Below are positions 8,415-15,072 of a DNA stretch of 15,072 nt, piece by piece. The translations under genes and the position numbers were made by a program. Position 1 is the first letter of the stretch. Each line of letters starts with the position of its first letter. The DNA is from a virus (lineage: Duplodnaviria > Heunggongvirae > Uroviricota > Caudoviricetes). The DNA lies in the IMG/VR virus record IMGVR_UViG_3300029862_000313. One strand, 5' to 3'. The notes beneath the pieces are model-generated. The model was not told where the DNA came from. It did not search any database and was given only the letters and a program-made list of their open reading frames with translations.

Positions 8415-8711
8415 ATGAACGCTTATTACATTCAGGATCGTCTTGAGGCTCAGAGCTGGGCGCGTCACTACCAGCAGATCGCCCGTGAAGAGAAAGAGGC
8501 AGAACTGGCAGACGACATGGAAAAAGGCCTGCCCCAGCACCTGTTTGAATCGCTATGCATCGATCATTTGCAACGCCACGGGGCCAGCAAAAAAGCCATT
8601 ACCCGTGCGTTTGATGACGATGTTGAGTTTCAGGAGCGCATGGCAGAACACATCCGGTACATGGTTGAAACCATTGCTCACCACCAGGTTGATATTGATT
8701 CAGAGGTATAA
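8415..8711 (+). CDS. gam: Gam, RecBCD nuclease inhibitor (short GamS-length form, 98 aa)
   Basis: Near-identical to the C-terminal 98 aa of remembered lambda Gam ([21 protein letters not shown]...). Upstream DNA from 8340 matches the lambda gam leader, but the long-form N-terminus is replaced. Confidence 0.93.
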   Translation: MNAYYIQDRLEAQSWARHYQQIAREEKEAELADDMEKGLPQHLFESLCIDHLQRHGASKKAITRAFDDDVEFQERMAEHIRYMVETIAHHQVDIDSEV

Positions 8712-8716
8712 AACGG

Positions 8717-9502
8717 ATGAGTACAGCACTCGCAACGCTGGCTGGGAAGCTGGCTGAACGTGTCGGCATGGATTCTGTCGACCCACAGGAACTGATCACC
8801 ACTCTTCGCCAGACGGCATTTAAAGGTGATGCCAGCGATGCGCAGTTCATCGCATTACTGATCGTTGCCAACCAGTACGGCCTTAATCCGTGGACGAAAG
8901 AAATTTACACCTTTCCTGATAAGCAGAATGGCATCGTTCCGGTGGTGGGCGTTGATGGCTGGTCCCGCATCATCAATGAAAACCAGCAGTTTGATGGCAT
9001 GGACTTTGAGCAGGACAATGAATCCTGTACATGCCGGATTTACCGCAAGGACCGTAATCATCCGATCTGCGTTACCGAGTGGATGGATGAATGCCGCCGC
9101 GAACCATTCAAAACCCGCGAAGGCAGAGAAATTACGGGGCCGTGGCAGTCGCATCCCAAACGGATGTTACGGCATAAAGCCATGATTCAGTGTGCCCGTC
9201 TGGCCTTCGGATTTGCGGGTATCTATGACAAGGATGAAGCCGAGCGCATTGTCGAAAATACCGCATACACTGCAGAACGTCAGCCGGAACGCGACATCAC
9301 TCCGGTTAACGATGAAACCATGCAGGAGATTAACACTCTGCTGATTGCCCTGGATAAAACATGGGATGACGACTTATTGCCGCTCTGTTCCCAGATATTT
9401 CGCCGCGACATTCGCGCATCGTCAGAACTGACACAGGCCGAAGCAGTGAAAGCTCTTGGATTCCTGAAACAGAAAGCCACTGAGCAGAAGGTGGCTGCAT
9501 GA
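8717..9502 (+). CDS. bet: Bet (Red-beta) single-strand annealing recombinase
   Basis: 261 aa, near-identical to remembered lambda Bet ([59 protein letters not shown]...). Confidence 0.97.
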   Translation: MSTALATLAGKLAERVGMDSVDPQELITTLRQTAFKGDASDAQFIALLIVANQYGLNPWTKEIYTFPDKQNGIVPVVGVDGWSRIINENQQFDGMDFEQDNESCTCRIYRKDRNHPICVTEWMDECRREPFKTREGREITGPWQSHPKRMLRHKAMIQCARLAFGFAGIYDKDEAERIVENTAYTAERQPERDITPVNDETMQEINTLLIALDKTWDDDLLPLCSQIFRRDIRASSELTQAEAVKALGFLKQKATEQKVAA

Positions 9503-10179
9503 CACCGGACATTATCCTGCAGCGTACCGGAATCGACGTGAGAGCTGTCGAACAGGGGGATGATGCGTGGCACAAATTACGGCTCGGCGTCATCACCGCT
9601 TCAGAAGTTCACAATGTGATAGCAAAACCCCGCTCCGGAAAAAAGTGGCCTGACATGAAAATGTCCTACTTCCACACCCTGCTGGCTGAGGTTTGCACCG
9701 GTGTGGCTCCGGAAGTTAATGCTAAGGCGCTGGCATGGGGAAAACAGTACGAGAACGACGCCAGAACTCTGTTTGAATTCACTTCCGGCGTGAATGTTAC
9801 TGAATCCCCGATCATCTATCGCGACGAAAGTATGCGTACCGCCTGCTCTCCCGATGGTTTATGCAGTGACGGCAATGGCCTTGAGCTGAAATGCCCGTTT
9901 ACCTCCCGGGATTTCATGAAGTTCCGGCTCGGTGGTTTCGAGGCCATAAAGTCGGCTTACATGGCCCAGGTGCAGTACAGCATGTGGGTGACGCGAAAAG
10001 ATGCCTGGTACTTTGCCAACTATGACCCGCGTATGAAGCGTGAAGGCCTGCATTATGTCGTGGTTGAGCGGGATGAAAAGTACATGGCGAGTTTTGACGA
10101 GATGGTGCCGGAGTTCATCGAAAAAATGGACGAGGCACTGGCTGAAATTGGTTTTGTATTTGGGGAGCAATGGCGATGA
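9499..10179 (+). CDS. exo: Exo (Red-alpha) 5'-3' exonuclease
   Basis: 226 aa, near-identical to remembered lambda Exo ([43 protein letters not shown]...). Overlaps the bet stop. Confidence 0.97.
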   Translation: MTPDIILQRTGIDVRAVEQGDDAWHKLRLGVITASEVHNVIAKPRSGKKWPDMKMSYFHTLLAEVCTGVAPEVNAKALAWGKQYENDARTLFEFTSGVNVTESPIIYRDESMRTACSPDGLCSDGNGLELKCPFTSRDFMKFRLGGFEAIKSAYMAQVQYSMWVTRKDAWYFANYDPRMKREGLHYVVVERDEKYMASFDEMVPEFIEKMDEALAEIGFVFGEQWR

Positions 10180-10358
10180 CGCATCCTCACGATAATATCC
10201 GGGTGGGCGCGATCACTTTCGTCTACTCCATTACAAAGCGAGGCTGGGTATTTCCCGGCCTTTCTGTTATCAGAAATCCCCTGAAAGCACAGCGGCTGGC
10301 TGAGGAGATAAATAATAAACGGGGAGCTGTATGCACAAAGCATCTCCCGTTGAGTTAA
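10170..10358 (+). CDS. Lambda orf60a-like small protein
   Basis: 62-aa ORF ([31 protein letters not shown]...) directly after exo, as in the lambda orf60a position. Confidence 0.75.
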   Translation: MAMTHPHDNIRVGAITFVYSITKRGWVFPGLSVIRNPLKAQRLAEEINNKRGAVCTKHLPLS

Positions 10359-10522
10359 GAACGAGTATCGAGATGGCACATAGCCTCGCTCAAATTGGAG
10401 TCAGGTTTGTGCCAATATCAGTAGAAACAGACGAAGAATTTCATACGTTAGCCGCATCCCTTTCACAAAAGCTGGAAATGATGGTGGCGAAAGCAGAAGC
10501 AGATGAGAGAGACCAGGTATGA
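10331..10522 (+). CDS. Lambda orf63-like small protein
   Basis: 63-aa ORF in the lambda orf63 position; overlaps neighbours in the compact lambda-like arrangement. Confidence 0.7.
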   Translation: MHKASPVELRTSIEMAHSLAQIGVRFVPISVETDEEFHTLAASLSQKLEMMVAKAEADERDQV

Positions 10523-10598
10523 CAACCACTGAATGCATTTTTCTGGCAGCGGGCTTCATATTCTGTGTGCTTATGCTTGCCGACATGGGGCTTGTTCA

Positions 10599-10814
10599 AT
10601 GACACCTCAGCAAGAAAACGCCCTTCGCAGCATTGCCCGTCAGGCTAATTCTGAAATCAAAAAAGCCAGACAGCAGTTTCCGGATAAAAACGTCGATGAC
10701 ATTTGCCGTAGCGTACTAAAGAAGCACCGCGAAACGGTAACGCTGATGGGATTCACACCGACTCATTTAAGCCTGGCGATCGGCATGTTGAACGGCGTCT
10801 TTAAGGAACGGTGA
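10599..10814 (+). CDS. Lambda orf61-like small protein (start uncertain; track ORF opens at 10533)
   Basis: ORF ending at 10814 with MTPQQENALRSIARQANSEIKK... from ATG at 10599. The upstream in-frame extension is hydrophobic and Cys-rich and may not be translated. Confidence 0.6.
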   Translation: MTPQQENALRSIARQANSEIKKARQQFPDKNVDDICRSVLKKHRETVTLMGFTPTHLSLAIGMLNGVFKER

Positions 10815-10912
10815 ACATGAAAAGCAAAATCATCAGGGAGCTACAGGCTCCTTTTTTATTATTCGCATTCACCCTCAAGCGTATTAACCAACAATTCAGG
10901 GATTAATGAAAG

Positions 10913-11134
10913 ATGGCAGACATAATTGATTCAGCATCAGAAATTGAAGAATTACAGCGCAACACAGCAATAAAAATGCGCCGCCTGAACCACCAGGCTA
11001 TATCTGCCACTCATTGTTGTGAGTGTGGCGATCCGATAGATGAACGAAGACGACTGGCCGTTCAGGGTTGTCGGACTTGTGCCAGTTGCCAGCAAGATCT
11101 GGAGCTTATCAGTAAACAGAGAGGTTCGACGTGA
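10913..11134 (+). CDS. TraR/DksA-family C4 zinc-finger protein (lambda orf73-like), a likely RNA polymerase-binding modulator
   Basis: 73 aa with CxxC...CxxC (CCECGDP ... CRTCASC) and the N-terminal MADIIDSASEIEELQRN characteristic of TraR-like proteins. Lambda position between orf61 and ea22. Confidence 0.8.
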   Translation: MADIIDSASEIEELQRNTAIKMRRLNHQAISATHCCECGDPIDERRRLAVQGCRTCASCQQDLELISKQRGST

Positions 11135-11538
11135 GCGAAATTAACTCTCAGGCACTGCGTGAAGCGGCAGAGAAAGCCGGTGAAGATAAGTGGCAGGCTA
11201 AAAAAATAAATGGTGATTTTTTCGTTATTCGTCACGGTAGTTATACAAGACAGCATGGCTACACATCGTATCAACCCATTGCGGAGATTGATTGTAAGCC
11301 AGTCCGGGATTTTGTTGCCAAGGCTAATCCGGCTACCGTGCTGGAATTACTGGATGAACTGGAAGCAGCAAAAAAGCGCATTGCAGAACTGGAAGCGCGG
11401 GAAATACTGCTCCCGGAACGTAGCAGCATGCTTCATCGAACAGATTTTCACGATGATTACCAAACGGTAATGGCATACAAAGTTTCTGAAGTCATCGATG
11501 CAATCCGCGCTACTGGCATTCGCATCAAAGGAGAGTGA
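11131..11538 (+). CDS. ea22: Ea22-like protein, mosaic (lambda-like N- and C-termini, different central region; 135 aa versus about 182 aa in lambda)
   Basis: N-terminus MSEINSQALREAAE and C-terminus GIRIKGE match remembered lambda Ea22; the middle, including a coiled-coil-like LELLDELEAAKKRIAELEARE, does not. Confidence 0.75.
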   Translation: MSEINSQALREAAEKAGEDKWQAKKINGDFFVIRHGSYTRQHGYTSYQPIAEIDCKPVRDFVAKANPATVLELLDELEAAKKRIAELEAREILLPERSSMLHRTDFHDDYQTVMAYKVSEVIDAIRATGIRIKGE

Positions 11539-11539
11539 G

Positions 11540-12295
11540 ATGATTCACTACCACGGTGGGCCTATTACTCCTGATACGTGCGCAATGAGAGCATGGAAAG
11601 GGCGACATGCGTTTATCAGTTTTGCGCATTCAGGCCAGATCAATCTCGCGGCTGAATACTGTCAGTCGTTCGCGCTGGACAACGGTGCATTCACCGCCTG
11701 GAAAGCAGCTGGCAAAAACAAAATCGACTGGAGCGATTACTACGAGTTTGTTGCTCGCTGGAAGAATCACCCAAGATTCGATTTTGCCATTATCCCGGAT
11801 GTTATTGATGGCGGAGAGGAGGAAAATGATGCGCTTCTGAATGAGTGGCCTCACGGAAAACTAGCTGGCGTTCCAGTGTGGCACATGAATGAAAGTGACG
11901 AGCGATTTATTCATTTGTGCAATGAGTTTCCGCGAGTGGCTATCGGTAGTTGTGGCGACTATGACGTAAAGCGCCCAACTCTTGCGGTAGCCAGAATGAA
12001 AGACCTGATTCGTCACATTGTTGATGGGCATGGTCAGCTGGTTACGAAACTACATGGATTGCGCATGTTAAATCCGCTGATATTCACAAAATTACCCTTA
12101 GCCAGCGCAGATAGTACGAACGTCGCTCGAAACATCGGTATTGATAAAGCCTGGTCTGGGGCTTATGCACCTGCAAGTAAAGAGACACGCGCAGCATTAA
12201 TGGTAGAACGGATTGAGGCACACAATAGCCCTGGTTCTCTTGCGTATTGTGAACAACGCGACCGCTTTGAAATGCAATTGCAACTAGCAGTTTAA
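11540..12295 (+). CDS. Candidate TGT-superfamily (DpdA-like) base-exchange enzyme, 251 aa; not present in lambda
   Basis: Start ATG at 11540, 1 nt after the ea22 stop, with AAGGAG 8 nt upstream. By eye, ordered motifs resemble remembered bacterial Tgt motifs: LDNGAF vs TDSGGFQ, AIIPDVIDG vs IVMIFDEC, RVAIGSCGD vs AVGGLAVGE, LHGLRMLNP vs LMGVGKP, ASADSTNVARN vs DMFDCVMPTRNARN. No Zn-binding Cys cluster. Assignment is a hypothesis, not a search result. Confidence 0.4.
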   Translation: MIHYHGGPITPDTCAMRAWKGRHAFISFAHSGQINLAAEYCQSFALDNGAFTAWKAAGKNKIDWSDYYEFVARWKNHPRFDFAIIPDVIDGGEEENDALLNEWPHGKLAGVPVWHMNESDERFIHLCNEFPRVAIGSCGDYDVKRPTLAVARMKDLIRHIVDGHGQLVTKLHGLRMLNPLIFTKLPLASADSTNVARNIGIDKAWSGAYAPASKETRAALMVERIEAHNSPGSLAYCEQRDRFEMQLQLAV

Positions 12296-12305
12296 GGACT
12301 AACAA

Positions 12306-12881
12306 ATGACCACTATTACCAAAGAACGTATTGAATTGTTCATTAAAAATCCGCTTGAAAACGGGCTTACTCGTGGCGAACAAATGGAACTGGCACGAAT
12401 TGCACTGGCATCACTGGGAGCAGAACCTGTAAGCCAAACTTACAACTTGCCAGAATTAATCGAAGGCATGGAGGTTTCCATTGATGTAAGCACTTGTGAT
12501 GCGGATTTAGGTAATCGCTATTTCGGTACCGTCACCGAGGCGTTAGAACTTGATACTGCCAAGAATGGTTACATCCTCCTGGTTCAGGACGCAGAGCCAA
12601 ACTTCGATATAAATGGCAATTCTCCGGTAACTCCGGATGGTTGGGTTATAGTGCCGAAGAAACTAACCGCTGAGAACGGCGCTAAGGGTGTGCTATCCGG
12701 TGAATTTTCAGAAACTACGTTTATAAGCTGCCCGGAATGCTTTGGTGATGATGATTGCGAAACTTGTGACGGCAGCGGAAGAATCGAAATCAAGGTTCCA
12801 GTCAGTTGGACAACTATCAAAACTATTTGGGCTAAAGGGTGTGAGTACTTTTCAATAGTAGCACCGCAGCAAGATGGGTGA
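12306..12881 (+). CDS. Hypothetical protein with C-terminal DnaJ-type zinc ribbon (CPEC...CETCDGSG), 191 aa; gene immediately downstream of the TGT-like gene
   Basis: ATG 10 nt after the upstream stop with an AGGA RBS. Acidic central region; CxxC-N7-CxxCxGxG motif near the C-terminus. No lambda counterpart recognised. Confidence 0.55.
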   Translation: MTTITKERIELFIKNPLENGLTRGEQMELARIALASLGAEPVSQTYNLPELIEGMEVSIDVSTCDADLGNRYFGTVTEALELDTAKNGYILLVQDAEPNFDINGNSPVTPDGWVIVPKKLTAENGAKGVLSGEFSETTFISCPECFGDDDCETCDGSGRIEIKVPVSWTTIKTIWAKGCEYFSIVAPQQDG

Positions 12882-12939
12882 TGAAAACAAGTATTTATAA
12901 CTTAAAAGCATTAAAAAATCGCTTATAGATCAAAAGAAA

Positions 12940-12980
12940 TCTACGTCAAATATTACTATATTTCAATGTGTTATAATTAC
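12940..12980 (+). promoter_or_regulatory. Candidate sigma70 promoter with extended -10 (TGTTATAAT) in an AT-rich spacer
   Basis: TGnTATAAT at 12969..12977, with TCAAAT (12945..12950) as a possible -35. Precedes the 80-aa ORF starting at 13008. Confidence 0.45.
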
Positions 12981-13007
12981 CCCGTCCATAAAATGGGGGG
13001 ACACAAA

Positions 13008-13250
13008 ATGTTCAAACGCTGCATCACCAAGTGTGGAAGCACACCTGACATCCAAGCTTTTATTAATGAAGATGGTAAGCTTGTTGTTGAGAGGAGTGGT
13101 CCTTTTATTAGCAAACAACTTATCATTACCTCTCCAGCGGAGATGGCCGGGGAATGGATAGTTTCTGAACCAGAGGAGTTGCACATCCCGCTTCCTTATG
13201 GCCCTCAGGGACTGATTTATAACCGTTATGTTCAGAAGGAGGCGGGTTGA
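13008..13250 (+). CDS. Hypothetical small protein, 80 aa, with its own promoter and RBS
   Basis: GGGGGG RBS 7 nt before ATG at 13008; sequence MFKRCITKCGSTPDIQAFINEDGKLVVERSGPF.... The track ORF begins further upstream at 12966 with no RBS. The overlapping 152-aa - strand ORF has implausible composition. Confidence 0.4.
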   Translation: MFKRCITKCGSTPDIQAFINEDGKLVVERSGPFISKQLIITSPAEMAGEWIVSEPEELHIPLPYGPQGLIYNRYVQKEAG

Positions 13251-13528
13251 CAATGTCAGGCATAACATCGCCGAGAAATCGAAAGAAAAACAGAACAAGG
13301 TAAACGTTGACCTTGCAGCATCAGGCATGGAGTACAGAGAGCGCCTTAACATACCTGTTATCACTGAGCAGGTATCATGAGAGCAACCTGAGCACTCACG
13401 CGAGTATTTCATGGAGCGCATCAGATACTATCGCGAGCAGTCGTTAAACATGCCCAAGGGAAGCAACCCATGGTATATCGATATGGATGAACAGAACGCC
13501 AAGAAGTAAACGCAATTTGAACGAATGC

Positions 13529-13558
13529 GAACCCGCCGAGTGCGGGTTTTCTTTTATC
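13529..13558 (+). terminator. Rho-independent terminator
   Basis: AACCCGC (13531..13537) pairs with GCGGGTT (13543..13549), followed by TTCTTTTAT. Confidence 0.6.
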
Positions 13559-13598
13559 TGAACTCGCTACGGCGAGTTTTGTTTTATGGCGATGATAA

Positions 13599-13766
13599 AT
13601 GCACTTCCGAGTTACAGGTGAATGGAATGGAGAACCATTCAACAGAGTTATCGAAGCCGAGAACATCAGCGACTGCTATAACCACTGGATGCTGTGGGCG
13701 CAGATAGCACATGCAGACGTAACCAATATTCGAATTGAAGAACTGAAAGAACACCAAGCCGCCTGA
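13599..13766 (+). CDS. Small ORF, 55 aa, in the lambda orf55 position just upstream of xis
   Basis: My translation is MHFRVTGEWNGEPFNRVIEAENISDCYNHWMLWAQIAHADVTNIRIEELKEHQAA*. Below the 60-aa track cutoff. Weak RBS. Confidence 0.4.
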   Translation: MHFRVTGEWNGEPFNRVIEAENISDCYNHWMLWAQIAHADVTNIRIEELKEHQAA

Positions 13767-13780
13767 TGGCGGTTTTTTCT
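13756..13780 (+). terminator. Hairpin plus T-run terminator immediately upstream of xis
   Basis: GCCGCC (13758..13763) pairs with GGCGG (13768..13772), followed by TTTTTTCTT. Confidence 0.55.
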
Positions 13781-13805
13781 TGCGTGTAATTGCGGAGACT
13801 TTGCG

Positions 13806-14024
13806 ATGTACTTGACACTTCAGGAGTGGAACGCTCGCCAGCGACGCCCAAGAAGCCTTGAAACAATTCGTCGATGGGTGCGCGAATGCAGGATATTCCC
13901 TCCTCCGGTTAAGGATGGAAGAGAATATCTGTTCCACGAATCAGCGGTAAAGGTTGACTTAAATCGACCAGTAACAGGTAGCCTTTTGAAGAGGATCAGA
14001 AATGGGAAGAAGGCGAAGTCATGA
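13806..14024 (+). CDS. xis: Excisionase Xis, lambda-type
   Basis: 72 aa, near-identical to remembered lambda Xis (MYLTLQEWNARQRRPRSLETIRRWVRECRIFPPPVKDGREYLFHESAVKVDL...). Its 3' end overlaps the int start. Confidence 0.95.
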   Translation: MYLTLQEWNARQRRPRSLETIRRWVRECRIFPPPVKDGREYLFHESAVKVDLNRPVTGSLLKRIRNGKKAKS

Positions 14025-15072
14025 GCGCCGGGATTTACCCCCTAACCTTTATATAAGAAACAATGGATATTACTGCTACAGGGACCCAAGGACGGGTAAA
14101 GAGTTTGGATTAGGCCGAGACAGGCGAATCGCAATCACTGAAGCTATACAGGCCAACATTGAGTTATTTTCAGGACACAAACACAAGCCTCTGACAGCGA
14201 GAATCAACAGTGATAATTCCGTTACGTTACATTCATGGCTTGATCGCTACGAAAAAATCCTGGCCAGCAGAGGAATCAAGCAGAAGACACTCATAAATTA
14301 CATGAGCAAAATTAAAGCAATAAGGAGGGGTCTGCCTGATGCTCCACTTGAAGACATCACCACAAAAGAAATTGCGGCAATGCTCAATGGATACATAGAC
14401 GAGGGCAAGGCGGCGTCAGCCAAGTTAATCAGATCAACACTGAGCGATGCATTCCGAGAGGCAATAGCTGAAGGCCATATAACAACAAACCCTGTCGCTG
14501 CCACTCGCGCAGCAAAATCAGAGGTAAGGAGATCAAGACTTACGGCTGACGAATACCTGAAAATTTATCAAGCAGCAGAATCATCACCATGTTGGCTCAG
14601 ACTTGCAATGGAACTGGCTGTTGTTACCGGGCAACGAGTTGGTGATTTATGCGAAATGAAGTGGTCTGATATCGTAGATGGATATCTTTATGTCGAGCAA
14701 AGCAAAACAGGCGTAAAAATTGCCATCCCAACAGCATTGCATGTTGATGCTCTCGGAATATCAATGAAGGAAACACTTGATAAATGCAAAGAGATTCTTG
14801 GCGGAGAAACCATAATTGCATCTACTCGTCGCGAACCGCTTTCATCCGGCACAGTATCAAGGTATTTTATGCGCGCACGAAAAGCATCAGGTCTTTCCTT
14901 CGAAGGGGATCCGCCTACCTTTCACGAGTTGCGCAGTTTGTCTGCAAGACTCTATGAGAAGCAGATAAGCGATAAGTTTGCTCAACATCTTCTCGGGCAT
15001 AAGTCGGACACCATGGCATCACAGTATCGTGATGACAGAGGCAGGGAGTGGGACAAAATTGAAATCAAATAA
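14002..15072 (+). CDS. int: Tyrosine integrase Int, lambda-type (attP/attL expected just beyond the window end)
   Basis: 356 aa, near-identical to remembered lambda Int (MGRRRSHERRDLPPNLYIRNNGYYCYRDPRTGKEFGLGRDRRIAITEAIQ... HELRSLSARLYEKQISDKFAQHLLGHKSDTMASQYRDDRGREWDKIEIK). The window ends at its stop codon. Confidence 0.97.
   Translation: MGRRRSHERRDLPPNLYIRNNGYYCYRDPRTGKEFGLGRDRRIAITEAIQANIELFSGHKHKPLTARINSDNSVTLHSWLDRYEKILASRGIKQKTLINYMSKIKAIRRGLPDAPLEDITTKEIAAMLNGYIDEGKAASAKLIRSTLSDAFREAIAEGHITTNPVAATRAAKSEVRRSRLTADEYLKIYQAAESSPCWLRLAMELAVVTGQRVGDLCEMKWSDIVDGYLYVEQSKTGVKIAIPTALHVDALGISMKETLDKCKEILGGETIIASTRREPLSSGTVSRYFMRARKASGLSFEGDPPTFHELRSLSARLYEKQISDKFAQHLLGHKSDTMASQYRDDRGREWDKIEIK

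Noticed and set aside
8443-10379. Shadow ORFs across gam, bet and exo (8443..8757, 8599..8871, 8855..9154, 8865..9185, 9280..9573, 9330..9596, 9859..10170, 10053..10379)
   Set aside because: All overlap near-lambda-identical Red genes in other frames or strands.
10401-10586. 61-aa - strand ORF over the orf63/orf61 region
   Set aside because: Antisense to the compact + strand lambda-like operon.
11062-11470. ORFs 11062..11274 (-) and 11210..11470 (+) overlapping orf73/ea22
   Set aside because: Out-of-frame or antisense to genes with recognisable lambda-like termini.
11607-12383. ORFs 11607..11840 (+), 11630..11854 (-), 12084..12383 (-) inside the TGT-like gene
   Set aside because: Shadow frames of the 251-aa ORF, which has an RBS and tight coupling to ea22.
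12584-12820. 78-aa - strand ORF inside the zinc-ribbon protein gene
   Set aside because: Antisense shadow ORF; no signals.
12963-13421. 152-aa - strand ORF (and 12977..13186) overlapping the 80-aa + strand ORF
   Set aside because: Low-complexity, Cys/Leu/Phe-rich translation without RBS; the + strand ORF has promoter and RBS. Not fully excluded.
13421-13937. Minus-strand ORFs 13421..13666, 13584..13937, 13666..13866 and + ORF 13525..13707
   Set aside because: They overlap terminator hairpins, the orf55-like frame and xis; no translation signals.
14298-14821. Minus-strand ORFs 14298..14504 and 14624..14821 inside int
   Set aside because: Antisense to the near-lambda-identical integrase.

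Overview
This window is the integrase-proximal arm of a lambda-family (lambdoid) prophage, truncated on its other side by an IS629 copy that also interrupts the chromosomal gene yieK next to cbrC. All lambda identifications below are by eye against remembered lambda protein sequences, not a database search. The + strand of the window runs leftward on the conventional lambda map. From the right end the prophage carries lambda-type int, xis, an orf55-like small ORF, a mosaic ea22, the TraR-like orf73, orf61/orf63/orf60a, then exo, bet and a short-form gam. Its immunity region is not lambda's: a LexA-like cI-type repressor, a Cro-like HTH protein, a 179-aa CII-position protein and operators built on ACAAC/GTTGT half-sites. 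Replication uses a hybrid O gene (novel N-terminal domain with its own TTACC..GGTAA iterons, lambda-like C-terminus) followed by lambda P and a truncated ren. No late, lysis or nin genes are present; ren gives way to an AT-rich segment with a secreted-protein gene, then IS629 (1199..2508, no matching flanking duplication). The most interesting cargo is a two-gene cassette between ea22 and xis: a 251-aa protein with motifs resembling tRNA-guanine transglycosylase (TGT/DpdA-like) plus a 191-aa protein with a DnaJ-type CxxCxGxG zinc ribbon. This is a hypothesis from motifs only. Other candidates are a lipoprotein gene downstream of cI, a promoter-equipped 80-aa ORF, and a structured leader after the pL-like promoter where no N homolog is evident.
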